A DNA stretch of 62,553 nucleotides, counting the filler, from Nemertoderma westbladi (lineage: Eukaryota; Animalia; Xenacoelomorpha), in NCBI GenBank assembly GCA_032718475.1. It is 4 parts of 4 records of this genome, joined end to end, with 100 filler letters (N's around TTAATTAATTAA, not from the genome) between each part and the next. Parts side by side here need not be neighbours in the genome. Positions count along the whole stretch, not along the records: positions 1 to 18,739 come from JAUCBJ010002705.1; positions 18,840 to 50,207 come from JAUCBJ010000628.1; 2 more parts are not named here. One strand, given 5' to 3'. Shown here one piece after another: positions 13,430-25,669 of this stretch (position 1 is the stretch's first letter; each line of letters starts with the position of its first letter). Position numbers and translations under genes: made by a program. The notes below the pieces were generated by a model. The model was not told the origin of the DNA and made no database searches. It saw only the letters and a program-made list of their open reading frames with translations.

Positions 13430-16400
13430 TGATGGAGAGTTTCTATCTGTCTACCTTACATTGATGATGGAGAGTTTCTATCTGTCTACCTTACATTGAT
13501 GATGGAGAGTTTCTATCTGTCTACCTTACATTGATGATGGAGAGTTTCTATCTGTCTACCTTACATTGATGATGGAGAGTTTCTATCTGTCTACCTTACA
13601 TTTGGTTTCCTCTCTATGATGGAGAGTTTCTATCTGTCTACCTTACATTTGGTTTCCTCTCTATGATGGAGAGTTTCTATCTGTCTACCTTACATTTGGT
13701 TTCCTCTCTATGATGGAGAGTTTCTATCTGACTACCTTACATTTGGTTTCCTCTCTATGATGGAGAGTTTCTATCTGACTACCTTACATTTGGTTTCCTC
13801 TCTATGATAGAGAGTTTCTATCTGTCTACCTTACATTTGGTTTCCTCTCTATGATGGAGAGTTTCTATCTGTCTACCTTACATTGATGATGGAGAGTTTC
13901 TATCTGTCTACCTTACATTTGGTTTCCTCTCTATGATGGAGAGTTTCTATCTGTCTACCTTACATTTGGTTTCCTCTCTATGATGGAGAGTTTCTATCTG
14001 TCTACCTTACATTTGGTTTCCTCTCTATGATGGAGAGTTTCTATCTGACTACCTTACATTTGGTTTCCTCTCTATGATGGAGAGTTTCTATCTGACTACC
14101 TTACATTTGGTTTCCTCTCTATGATAGAGAGTTTCTATCTGTCTACCTTACATTTGGTTTCCTCTCTATGATGGAGAGTTTCTATCTGTCTACCTTACAT
14201 TTGGTTTCCTCTCTATGATGGAGAGTTTCTATCTGTCTACCTTACATTTGGTTTCCTCTCTATGATGGAGAGTTTCTATCTGTCTACCTTACATTGATGA
14301 TGGAGAGTTTCTATCTGTCTACCTTACATTGATGATGGAGAGTTTCTATCTGTCTACCTTACATTTGGTTTCCTCTCTATGATGGAGAGTTTCTATCTGA
14401 CTACCTTACATTTGGTTTCCTCTCTATGATAGAGAGTTTCTATCTGTCTACCTTACATTTGGTTTCCTCTCTATGATGGAGAGTTTCTATCTGACTACCT
14501 TACATTTGGTTTCCTCTCTATGATGGAGAGTTTCTATCTGACTACCTTACATTTGGTTTCCTCTCTATGATAGAGAGTTTCTATCTGACTACCTTACATT
14601 TGGTTTCCTCTCTATGATAGAGAGTTTCTATCTGTCTACCTTACATTTGGTTTCCTCTCTATGATGGAGAGTTTCTATCTGTCTACCTTACATTGATGAT
14701 GGAGAGTTTCTATCTGTCTACCTTACATTGATGATGGAGAGTTTCTATCTGTCTACCTTACATTTGGTTTCCTCTCTATGATGGAGAGTTTCTATCTGAC
14801 TACCTTACATTTGGTTTCCTCTCTATGATAGAGAGTTTCTATCTGTCTACCTTACATTTGGTTTCCTCTCTATGATGGAGAGTTTCTATCTGACTACCTT
14901 ACATTTGGTTTCCTCTCTATGATGGAGAGTTTCTATCTGACTACCTTACATTTGGTTTCCTCTCTATGATAGAGAGTTTCTATCTGTCTACCTTACATTT
15001 GGTTTCCTCTCTATGATGGAGAGTTTCTATCTGACTACCTTACATTTGGTTTCCTCTCTATGATGGAGAGTTTCTATCTGACTACCTTACATTTGGTTTC
15101 CTCTCTATGATAGAGAGTTTCTATCTGTCTACCTTACATTTGGTTTCCTCTCTATGATAGAGAGTTTCTATCTGTCTACCTTACATTTGGTTTCCTCTCT
15201 ATGATAGAGAGTTTCTATCTGACTACCTTACATTTGGTTTCCTCTCTATGATGGAGAGTTTCTATCTGACTACCTTACATTTGGTTTCCTCTCTATGATG
15301 GAGAGTTTCTATCTGACTACCTTACATTTGGTTTCCTCTCTATGATAGAGAGTTTCTATCTGTCTACCTTACATTTGGTTTCCTCTCTATGATGGAGAGT
15401 TTCTATCTGACTACCTTACATTTGGTTTCCTCTCTATGATAGAGAGTTTCTATCTGTCTACCTTACATTTGGTTTCCTCTCTATGATGGAGAGTTTCTAT
15501 CTGTCTACCTTACATTTGGTTTCCTCTCTATGATGGAGAGTTTCTATCTGTCTACCTTACATTTGGTTTCCTCTCTATGATGGAGAGTTTCTATCTGTCT
15601 ACCTTACATTTGGTTTCCTCTCTATGATGGAGAGTTTCTATCTGACTACCTTACATTTGGTTTCCTCTCTATGATGGAGAGTTTCTATCTGACTACCTTA
15701 CATTTGGTTTCCTCTCTATGATAGAGAGTTTCTATCTGTCTACCTTACATTTGGTTTCCTCTCTATGATGGAGAGTTTCTATCTGTCTACCTTACATTTG
15801 GTTTCCTCTCTATGATGGAGAGTTTCTATCTGACTACCTTACATTTGGTTTCCTCTCTATGATGGAGAGTTTCTATCTGACTACCTTACATTTGGTTTCC
15901 TCTCTATGATGGAGAGTTTCTATCTGACTACCTTACATTTGGTTTCCTCTCTATGATAGAGAGTTTCTATCTGACTACCTTACATTTGGTTTCCTCTCTA
16001 TGATGGAGAGTTTCTATCTGACTACCTTACATTTGGTTTCCTCTCTATGATGGAGTTTCTATCTGACTACCTTACATTTGGTTTCCTCTCTATGATGGAG
16101 AGTTTCTATCTGTCTACCTTACATTTGGTTTCCTCTCTATGATGGAGTTTCTATCTGTCTACCTTACATTTGGTTTCCTCTCTATGATGGAGAGTTTCTA
16201 TCTGTCTACCTTACATTGATGATGGAGAGTTTCTATCTGTCTACCTTACATTGATGATGGAGAGTTTCTATCTGTCTACCTTACATTTGGTTTCCTCTCT
16301 ATGATGGAGAGTTTCTATCTGTCTACCTTACATTGATGATGGAGAGTTTCTATCTGACTACCTTACATTGATGATGGAGAGTTTCTATCTGTCTACCTTA

Positions 16401-16466
16401 CATTTGGTTTCCTCTCTATGATAGAGAGTTTCTATCTGACTACCTTACATTTGGTTTCCTCTCTAT
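13430..16466 (-). repeat. 47/35-bp tandem array carrying a donor-like AAG|GTAG(A/T)C on the minus strand
   Basis: Plus-strand unit GATGGAGAGTTTCTATCTGTCTACCTTACATTTGGTTTCCTCTCTAT, interspersed with a 35-bp variant. Confidence 0.97.
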
Positions 16467-16759
16467 GGTTTGTTCTTTTATCATTTTGCTTGCAGTATAA
16501 ATCCATAAAGATTTTGTTCAACATCGTTGACATAATTAATAATAGCATTTTAAGGGGTGTGTCTGTTTCCTGACGCCGCTAATGTATTGACTGGATAAAA
16601 TATTGGACTACAATTACCTTGATTAACATTGAAATTAGTTGTCCTATTAAATATATGTCATTTTGCACAATTGTTAGCTCTATCTTTTAATGGTTCTTAC
16701 TTTACAATGTTGTTTCTATGGGGATGGCCTGGTCAAAAAATAAAAATACATAATAATTA

Positions 16760-17447
16760 TTTATTACATGGGAAGAAAAACTTTTTTTTCCTTATTGTCG
16801 AGGCATTTTATTTACCGAGCGTCAGCGAGGTTAATAAATGGTCGAGAGAATTTTGAAAAAAATGTTCTACGTTTTTTTTCCCATGTAATACATAATTTTA
16901 TTCTTAAATTGGTACTTTTTTGTTGCTAAATTCATTAATAAAACATAGCAATTTATACTACAGTACAGTTGTGTTACAAAATAAATTGACTGCAGTATTT
17001 TACTATATTGCTTCCATAGTTACTGCGATTCCTATTATTGTACTCTTAAACTCTCAATGTTGCCTTACTCAATGTTAAAATAATTTAGTGTTCCCGAATA
17101 TTTATCACGTAACTAGAGAGCCGCTTAACTACATAAACCAATATTGGATATTGAGTTCCGTTTAGGGGTTCGCCTTGCAGACATTAAAGTTGCAATAACT
17201 TTTGAGTGTGCGAATCGATTTTGCTCAAATTACTTGCAAACCTTTTCTACGTCGATGCTCTTTCAATATATGTAATAAAATTTAAGAAATTCCACCAAAA
17301 ATATTTTACTTTACTTTTTTCGTCGGGAAAAAAAGTAAAATCAATGCATTCCTATTGATTACTTTTTTTCCCTAGGGTAAAAAAGTGAAACTTTTTCTCC
17401 CGATTTTGTGGTTTATTCGAGCGAAAAAGTAACAATTTAAGAATAAA
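16760..17447. mobile_element. Interspersed repeat with internal inverted repeats (non-autonomous DNA element, possibly Crypton-like), long copy
   Basis: TATTACATGGGA...TCCCATGTAATA inverted repeat and CCGAGCGTCAGCGAGG motif; both ends match 18331-18605. Confidence 0.55.
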
Positions 17448-18330
17448 AAATATAATCGCGTACATTCATTATTTTTTCACCCCAATAATAAATGGAACAC
17501 GTCCCTAGAAAAAAATTATTACATAAGCTACAATTTATTTTTCTGTCGAGCTATTTAATTAATATTACGTTACCATGACTCACAGTCTGTAGATAAAGTA
17601 ACAAATACTGTTTTCTGTTCAAAATTTTTTCATACAAATTTGCAACAATATTTCGCAAACCAGAATTTATACCGACCGATCGATATAAAAAAAAACACTT
17701 AAAAATATTGGTCTCTCTTGTAAATATTCGCTACATTTTTGCTTGCATCCTAAAATCAAAAATGATTAAAAACAAAATTTGCATTATAATAATATTATCC
17801 CTCATTAAACGGAACAATCCCATAACACAAAACATTATCAGTCAACATTCATTTCATCGGTAGTTCGCCATTCAAAAAGAAAGAAAACACTGTATTCCCA
17901 ATATCCATTATCCCCGTAATTTAAGCTGTAGGCCTATGTAGGAAGGTAATACTGCTCTGATGTCCATTAAATGTTCTCGCCACATCGGCTATGGATCAAG
18001 TTTATTTGGTTGACTTTGGATGTCCGTTAACTTACATGAGCGCAATGAATATAACTCTGTTAAACTTGGTGTTTATAATGCCGGGAGTTACCATGGCAAC
18101 TACAAGGTATCGAAGGACTATTGGAGGTGAGTAGGTCCTAGTATATTATTTAGGTATTCGATGGAAGGTCCGAATGAGACGAAAGTCAATAAGTAGCCAT
18201 CAGTGATGCAGGGGCCAAAACAAGGCGGCGAGGGGGGGGGTTAAGTTAATTTGCACTGACTTAAATTGAAACGGTTCAACTCTGCTTGCATTAGTAATAA
18301 TTTATATTAATAAAATAATAAAAAATTATT

Positions 18331-18605
18331 ATTTATTACATGGGAAATATGCAGAACTTTTTTTCACTATTCTTGAGGCATTTTATTTACCAACAGCAAG
18401 CGAGGTAAATAAAGGGTCGAGCGATTATTTTAAAAATGTTCTACGTTTTCTTCCCATGTAATACGTCATTTTTTTTTTACTTATTTCTCTCGGAAAAAAA
18501 TAAAATCAATGCAATCATTACTTTTTTCCCTGGGGAAAAAAAGTGAAACTTTTATTCGGGGTAGCCTATATATTCGAGCGAAAAAGTAACAAGTTTAGAA
18601 TAAAA
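18331..18605. mobile_element. Internally shorter copy of the 16760-17447 element
   Basis: Matches ~16760-16900 and ~17310-17447 of the long copy. Confidence 0.6.
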
Positions 18606-18739
18606 TATTCACTTTTAAGCCGTGGTAATTTTAATAGTATTGTAAAGTTTTATTAAATTGTTCCAACAAAGTGATATTTAAAACGAAGTAGTGTAGTAGG
18701 CTACTACAGTAATTTAAATAAGTTTACAAAAAACTTTCA

Positions 18740-18839
18740 NNNNNNNNNNNNNNNNNNNNNNNNNNNNNNNNNNNNNNNNNNNNTTAATTAATTAANNNNN
18801 NNNNNNNNNNNNNNNNNNNNNNNNNNNNNNNNNNNNNNN
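18740..18839. other. Assembly gap with artificial six-frame-stop spacer TTAATTAATTAA
   Basis: N44-TTAATTAATTAA-N44; the same spacer occurs at 50208 and 56111. Confidence 0.97.
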
Positions 18840-21800
18840 TGTACTGCCTAACTCACCTCCACTATTCTATCCCCAGGGTGCAGTTGGCCTGTATTACTGC
18901 CTAACTCACCTCCACTATTCTATCCCCAGGGTGCAGTTGGCCTGTATTGTACTGCCTAACTCACCTCCACTATTCTATCCCCAGGGTGCAGTTGGCCTGT
19001 ATTGTACTGCCTAACTCACCTCCACTATTCTATCCCCAGGGTGCAGTTGGCCTGTATTGTACTGCCTAACTCACCTCCACTATTCTATCCCCAGGGTGCA
19101 GTTGTGCTGTACTGCCTAACTCACCTCCACTATTCTATCCCCAGGGTGCAGTTGGCCTGTATTGTACTGCCTAACTCACCTCCACTATTCTATCCCCAGG
19201 GTGCAGTTGTGCTGTACTGCCTAACTCACCTCCACTATTCTATCCCCAGGGTGCAGTTGGCCTGTATTGTACTGCCTAACTCACCTCCACTATTCTATCC
19301 CCAGGGTGCAGTTGTGCTGTACTGCCTAACTCACCTCCACTATTCTATCCCCAGGGTGCAGTTGGCCTGTATTGTACTGCCTAACTCACCTCCACTATTC
19401 TATCCCCAGGGTGCAGTTGGCCTGTATGTACTGCCTAACTCACCTCCACTATTCTATCCCCAGGGTGCAGTTGTGCCTGTATTACTGCCTAACTCACCTC
19501 CACTATTCTATCCCCAGGGTGCAGTTGGCCTGTATTGTACTGCCTAACTCACCTCCACTATTCTATCCCCAGGGTGCAGTTGGCCTGTATTGTACTGCCT
19601 AACTCACCTCCACTATTCTATCCCCAGGGTGCAGTTGTGCTGTACTGCCTAACTCACCTCCACTATTCTATCCCCAGGGTGCAGTTGGCCTGTATTGTAC
19701 TGCCTAACTCACCTCCACTATTCTATCCCCAGGGTGCAGTTGTGCTGTACTGCCTAACTCACCTCCACTATTCTATCCCCAGGGTGCAGTTGGCCTGTAT
19801 TACTGCCTAACTCACCTCCACTATTCTATCCCCAGGGTGCAGTTGGCCTGTATTACTGCCTAACTCACCTCCACTATTCTATCCCCAGGGTGCAGTTGGC
19901 CTGTATTACTGCCTAACTCACCTCCACTATTCTATCCCCAGGGTGCAGTTGGCCTGTATGTACTGCCTAACTCACCTCCACTATTCTATCCCCAGGGTGC
20001 AGTTGGCCTGTATTACTGCCTAACTCACCTCCACTATTCTATCCCCAGGGTGCAGTTGGCCTGTATTGTACTGCCTAACTCACCTCCACTATTCTATCCC
20101 CAGGGTGCAGTTGGCCTGTATTGTACTGCCTAACTCACCTCCACTATTCTATCCCCAGGGTGCAGTTGTGTTGTACTGCCTAACTCACCTCCACTATTCT
20201 ATCCCCAGGGTGCAGTTGGCCTGTATGTACTGCCTAACTCACCTCCACTATTCTATCCCCAGGGTGCAGTTGGCCTGTATTGTACTGCCTAACTCACCTC
20301 CACTATTCTATCCCCAGGGTGCAGTTGTGCTGTACTGCCTAACTCACCTCCACTATTCTATCCCCAGGGTGCAGTTGGCCTGTATTGTACTGCCTAACTC
20401 ACCTCCACTATTCTATCCCCATGGTGCAGTTGTGCTGTACTGCCTAACTCACCTCCACTATTCTATCCCCAGGGTGCAGTTGGCCTGTATTGTACTGCCT
20501 AACTCACCTCCACTATTCTATCCCCAGGGTGCAGTTGGCCTGTATTGTACTGCCTAACTCACCTCCACTATTCTATCCCCAGGGTGCAGTTGGCCTGTAT
20601 TACTGCCTAACTCACCTCCACTATTCTATCCCCAGGGTGCAGTTGGCCTGTATTACTGCCTAACTCACCTCCACTATTCTATCCCCAGGGTGCAGTTGGC
20701 CTGTATTGTACTGCCTAACTCACCTCCACTATTCTATCCCCAGGGTGCAGTTGGCCTGTATTGTACTGCCTAACTCACCTCCACTATTCTATCCCCATGG
20801 TGCAGTTGTGCTGTACTGCCTAACTCACCTCCACTATTCTATCCCCAGGGTGCAGTTGGCCTGTATTGTACTGCCTAACTCACCTCCACTATTCTATCCC
20901 CAGGGTGCAGTTGTGCTGTACTGCCTAACTCACCTCCACTATTCTATCCCCAGGGTGCAGTTGGCCTGTATTGTACTGCCTAACTCACCTCCACTCTTCT
21001 ATCCCCATGGTGCAGTTGTGCTGTACTGCCTAACTCACCTCCACTATTCTATCCCCAGGGTGCAGTTGGCCTGTATTTTACTGCCAAACTCACCTCAACT
21101 ATTCTATCCCCAGGGTGCAGTTGGCCTGTATTGTACTGCCTAACTCACCTCCACTATTCTATCCCCAGGGTGCAGTTGACCTGTATTACTGCCTAACTCA
21201 CCTCCACTATTCTATCCCCATGGTGCAGTTGGCCTGTATTACTGCCTAACTCACCTCCACTATTCTATCCCCAGGGTGCAGTTGGCCTGTATTGTACTGC
21301 CTAACTCACCTCCACTATTCTATCCCCAGGGTGCAGTTGGCCTGTATTGTACTGCCTAACTCACCTCCACTATTCTATCCCCATGGTGCAGTTGTGCTGT
21401 ACTGCCTAACTCACCTCCACTATTCTATCCCCAGGGTGCAGTTGGCCTGTATTGTACTGCCTAACTCACCTCCACTATTCTATCCCCAGGGTGCAGTTGT
21501 GCTGTACTGCCTAACTCACCTCCACTATTCTATCCCCAGGGTGCAGTTGGCCTGTATTGTACTGCCTAACTCACCTCCACTATTCTATCCCCAGGGTGCA
21601 GTTGGCCTGTATTGTACTGCCTAACTCACCTCCACTATTCTATCCCCAGGGTGCAGTTGGCCTGTATTTACTGCCTAACTCACCTCCACTATTCTATCCC
21701 CAGGGTGCAGTTGGCCTGTATTGTACTGCCTAACTCACCTCCACTATTCTATCCCCAGGGTGCAGTTGGCCTGTATTACTGCCTAACTCACCTCCACTAT

Positions 21801-23478
21801 TCTATCCCCAGGGTGCAGTTGGCCTGTATTACTGCCTAACTCACCTCCACTATTCTATCCCCAGGGTGCAGTTGGCCTGTATTGTACTGCCTAACTCACC
21901 TCCACTATTCTATCCCCAGGGTGCAGTTGTGCTGTACTGCCTAACTCACCTCCACTATTCTATCCCCAGGGTGTAGTTGGCCTGTATTTTACTGCCAAAC
22001 TCACCTCCACTATTCTATCCCCAGGGTGCAGTTGGCCTGTATTGTACTGCCTAACTCACCTCCACTATTCTATCCCCAGGGTGCAGTTGGCCTGTATTTT
22101 ACTGCCTAACTCACCTCCACTATTCTATCCCCAGGGTGCAGTTGGCCTGTATTGTACTGCCTAACTCACCTCCACTATTCTATCCCCCGGGTGCAGTTGG
22201 CCTGTATTACTGCCTAACTCACCTCCACTATTCTATCCCCAGGGTGCAGTTGGCCTGTCTTGTACTGCCTAACTCACCTCCACTATTCTATCCCCAGGGT
22301 GCAGTTGGCCTGTATTACTGCCTAACTCACCTCCACTATTCTATCCCCAGGGTGCAGTTGGCCTGTATTGTACTGCCTAACTCACCTCCACTATTCTATC
22401 CCCAGGGTGCAGTTGGCCTGTATTGTACTGCCTAACTCACCTCCACTATTCTATCCCCAGGGTGCAGTTGTGCTGTACTACCTAACTCACCTCCACTATT
22501 CTATCCCCAGGGTGCAGTTGGCCTGTATTGTACTGCCTAACTCACCTCCACTATTCTATCCCCAGGGTGCAGTTGTGCTGTACTGCCTAACTCACCTCCA
22601 CTATTCTATCCCCAGGGTGCAGTTGGCCTGTATTTACTGCCTAACTCACCTCCACTATTCTATCCCCAGGGTGCAGTTGGCCTGTATTACTACCTAACTC
22701 ACCTCCACTATTCTATCCCCAGGGTGCAGTTGGCCTGTATTACTGCCTAACTCACCTCCACTATTCTATCCCCAGGGTGCAGTTGGCCTGTATTACTGCC
22801 TAACTCACCTCCACTATTCTATCCCCAGGGTGCAGTTGGCCTGTATTACTGCCTAACTCACCTCCACTATTCTATCCCCAGGGTGCAGTTGTGCTGTACT
22901 GCCTAACTCACCTCCACTATTCTATCCCCAGGGTGCAGTTGTGCTGTACTGCCTAACTCACCTCCACTATTCTATCCCCAGGGTGCAGTTGGCCTGTATT
23001 GTACTGCCTAACTCACCTCCACTATTCTATCCCCAGGGTGCAGTTGGCCTGTATTACTGCCTAACTCACCTCCACTATTCTATCCCCAGGGTGCAGTTGT
23101 GCTGTACTGCCTAACTCACCTCCACTATTCTATCCCCAGGGTGCAGTTGGCCTGTATTACTGCCTAACTCACCTCCACTATTCTATCCCCAGGGTGCAGT
23201 TGTGCTGTACTGCCTAACTCACCTCCACTATTCTATCCCCAGGGTGCAGTTGGCCTGTATTGTACTGCCTAACTCACCTCCACTATTCTATCCCCAGGGT
23301 GCAGTTGGCCTGTATTGTACTGCCTAACTCACCTCCACTATTCTATCCCCAGGGTGCAGTTGTGTTGTACTGCCTAACTCACCTCCACTATTCTATCCAC
23401 AGGGTGCAGTTGGCCTGTATTACTGCCTAACTCACCTCCACTATTCTATCCCCAGGGTGCAGTTGGCCTGTATTGTAC
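18840..23478 (-). repeat. Splice-donor tandem array J (50-55-bp unit, ~87+ copies, runs into the gap)
   Basis: Minus-strand unit = 43 nt of exon end (GTACAATACAGGCCAACTGCACCCTGGGGATAGAATAGTGGAG) + GTGAGTTAGGCA. Confidence 0.97.
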
Positions 23479-23652
23479 GCCGCCCCGCCTTCCATGATGT
23501 CCTTCACGAAGATTCCCGTATCCGTTCCCGCTATGCTGATTCCCAGACTGTTCTTGACGTCACGTGTTACCGGGACAACGCGTACAGGACCCCATTGCGG
23601 TTCCATTGGCGACACTCTGGTCGGATCTGAAGGTCGACTGCGGGGGCGAGGT
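23436..23652 (-). CDS. MPDZ: MPDZ/PATJ-like exon J (N-terminal half of PDZ7)
   Basis: CCCGCAG| acceptor and GAG|GTGAGT donor; encodes PQWGPVRVVPVTRDVKNSLGISIAGTDTGIFVKDIMEGGAAYNTGQLHPGDRIVE; phase 2 to 0. Confidence 0.9.
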
Positions 23653-23901
23653 CTGCGGGTAATAATTAGAGTCTTATTTTACAAAAATAAAGTAACATTA
23701 TTTTGTTCGACTTTCCAATCCGCATTTCCGAGGAATAGTTAAAGGAAATTTATTTTGAGGCCGAGGAAAATATGCTTTTAGTATTTGAGGAAATGGGATT
23801 ATAAAGTCTTTTAAAAAAATGTCTTTCTTTTTGTAAAAGAAGCTGTTTTCCTTTAAATACAAATTGTGAGTGAATATTATATTCCAGAAAGTACAACTAA
23901 T

Positions 23902-25438
23902 GTACGCCCCCTACCATGGATATACGAATAAACTTACTTTGGTGCGGTAGGGGGTCTATCTGTACGGTACGCCCCCTACCATGGACACGAATAAACTTAC
24001 TTTGGTGCGGTAGGGGGTCTATCTGTACGGTACGCCCCCTACCATGGATATACGAATAAACTTACTTTGGTGCGGTAGGGGGTCTATCGGTACAGTACGC
24101 CCCCTACCATGGACACGAATAAACTTACTTTGGTGCGGTAGGGGGTCTATCTGTACGGTACGCCCCCTACCGTGGATATACGAATAAACTTACTTTGGAC
24201 CGGTAGGGGGTCTATCGGTACAGTACGCCCCCTACCATGGATATACGAATAAACTTACTTTGGTGCGGTAGGGGGTCTATCTGTACGGTACGCCCCCTAC
24301 CATGGACACGAATAAACTTACTTTGGTGCGGTAGGGGGTCTATCTGTACGGTACGCCCCCTACCATGGATATACGAATAAACTTACTTTGGTGCGGTAGG
24401 GGGTCTATCGGTACAGTACGCCCCCTACCATGGACACGAATAAACTTACTTTGGTGCGGTAGGGGGTCTATCTGTACGGTACGCCCCCACCGTGGATATA
24501 CGAATAAACTTACTTTGGTGCGGTAGGGGGTCTATCGGTACAGTACGCCCCCTACCATGGATATACGAATAAACTTACATTGGTGCGGTAGGGGGTCTAT
24601 CTGTACGGTACGCCCCCTACCGTGGATATACGAATAAACTTACATGGAGCGGTAGGGGGTCTATCTGTACGGTACGCCCCCTACCACGGATATACGAATA
24701 AACTTACTTTGGTGCGGTAGGGGGTCTATCTGTACGGTACGCCCCCTACCGTGGAAACGAATAAACTTACTTTGGTGCGGTAGGGGGTCTATCTGTACGG
24801 TACGCCCCCTACCGTGGATATACGAATAAACTTACTTTGGTGCGGTAGGGGATCTATCTGTACGGTACGCCCCCTACCGTGGATATACGAATAAACTTAC
24901 TTTGGTGCGGTAGGGGGTCTATCGGTACAGTACGCCCCCTACCATGGATATACGAATAAACTTACATTGGTGCGGTAGGGGGTCTATCTGTACGGTACGC
25001 CCCCTACCGTGGATATACGAATAAACTTACATGGAGCGGTAGGGGGTCTATCTGTACGGTACGCCCCCTACCACGGATATACGAATAAACTTACTTTGGT
25101 GCGGTAGGGGGTCTATCTGTACGGTACGCCCCCTACCGTGGAAACGAATAAACTTACTTTGGTGCGGTAGGGGGTCTATCTGTACGGTACGCCCCCTACC
25201 GTGGATATACGAATAAACTTACTTTGGTGCGGTAGGGGATCTATCTGTACGGTACGCCCCCTACCGTGGATATACGAATAAACTTACTTTGGTGCGGTAG
25301 GGGGTCTATCTGTACGGTACGCCCCCTACCATGGACACGAATAAACTTACTTTGGTGCGGTAGGGGGTCTATCTGTACGGTACGCCCCCTACCATGGATA
25401 TACGAATAAACTTACTTTGGAGCGGTAGGGGGTCTATC
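23902..25438 (-). repeat. Splice-donor tandem array I (63-65-bp unit, ~24 copies)
   Basis: Minus-strand unit = GATAGACCCCCTACCGCACCAAA|GTAAGTTTATTCGTATATCCATGGTAGGGGGCGTACCGTACA. Confidence 0.97.
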
Positions 25439-25517
25439 AGAACGGCCCCTTTCCGGTTCTTTAGATGACTTTTTATCTAAGAAATCTCTGACGACCAGCG
25501 ACGGTATATATCGAATT
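25416..25517 (-). CDS. MPDZ: MPDZ/PATJ-like exon I (end of PDZ6 and linker)
   Basis: TTTTCTAG| acceptor and AAA|GTAAGT donor; IRYIPSLVVRDFLDKKSSKEPERGRSDRPPTAP; phases join exons H and J in frame. Confidence 0.85.
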
Positions 25518-25669
25518 CTAGAAAAATAAATATAATAGAACGATGTTTAACTTAATAAGGAAAAAAATTAAATACTATTAAAAATATTAATTAAAATTAA
25601 ATACTAATACAGAGTTGGTCCCGGGTTGCTAATTATTAGCACGAACAATGATATTGTATGGCCTCAATG

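Noticed and set aside
18155-18192. Second hammerhead-like motif (GATGGAAGGTCCGAATGAGACGAAAG)
   Set aside because: Lacks an intact CUGANGA core and no convincing stem I or III.
18784-18795. TTAATTAATTAA as a biological motif
   Set aside because: Centred identically in three N runs; an artificial six-frame-stop linker.
19002-22697. Plus-strand repetitive ORFs (YCLTHLHYSIPRVQLAC...)
   Set aside because: Artefacts of array J read antisense to the gene.
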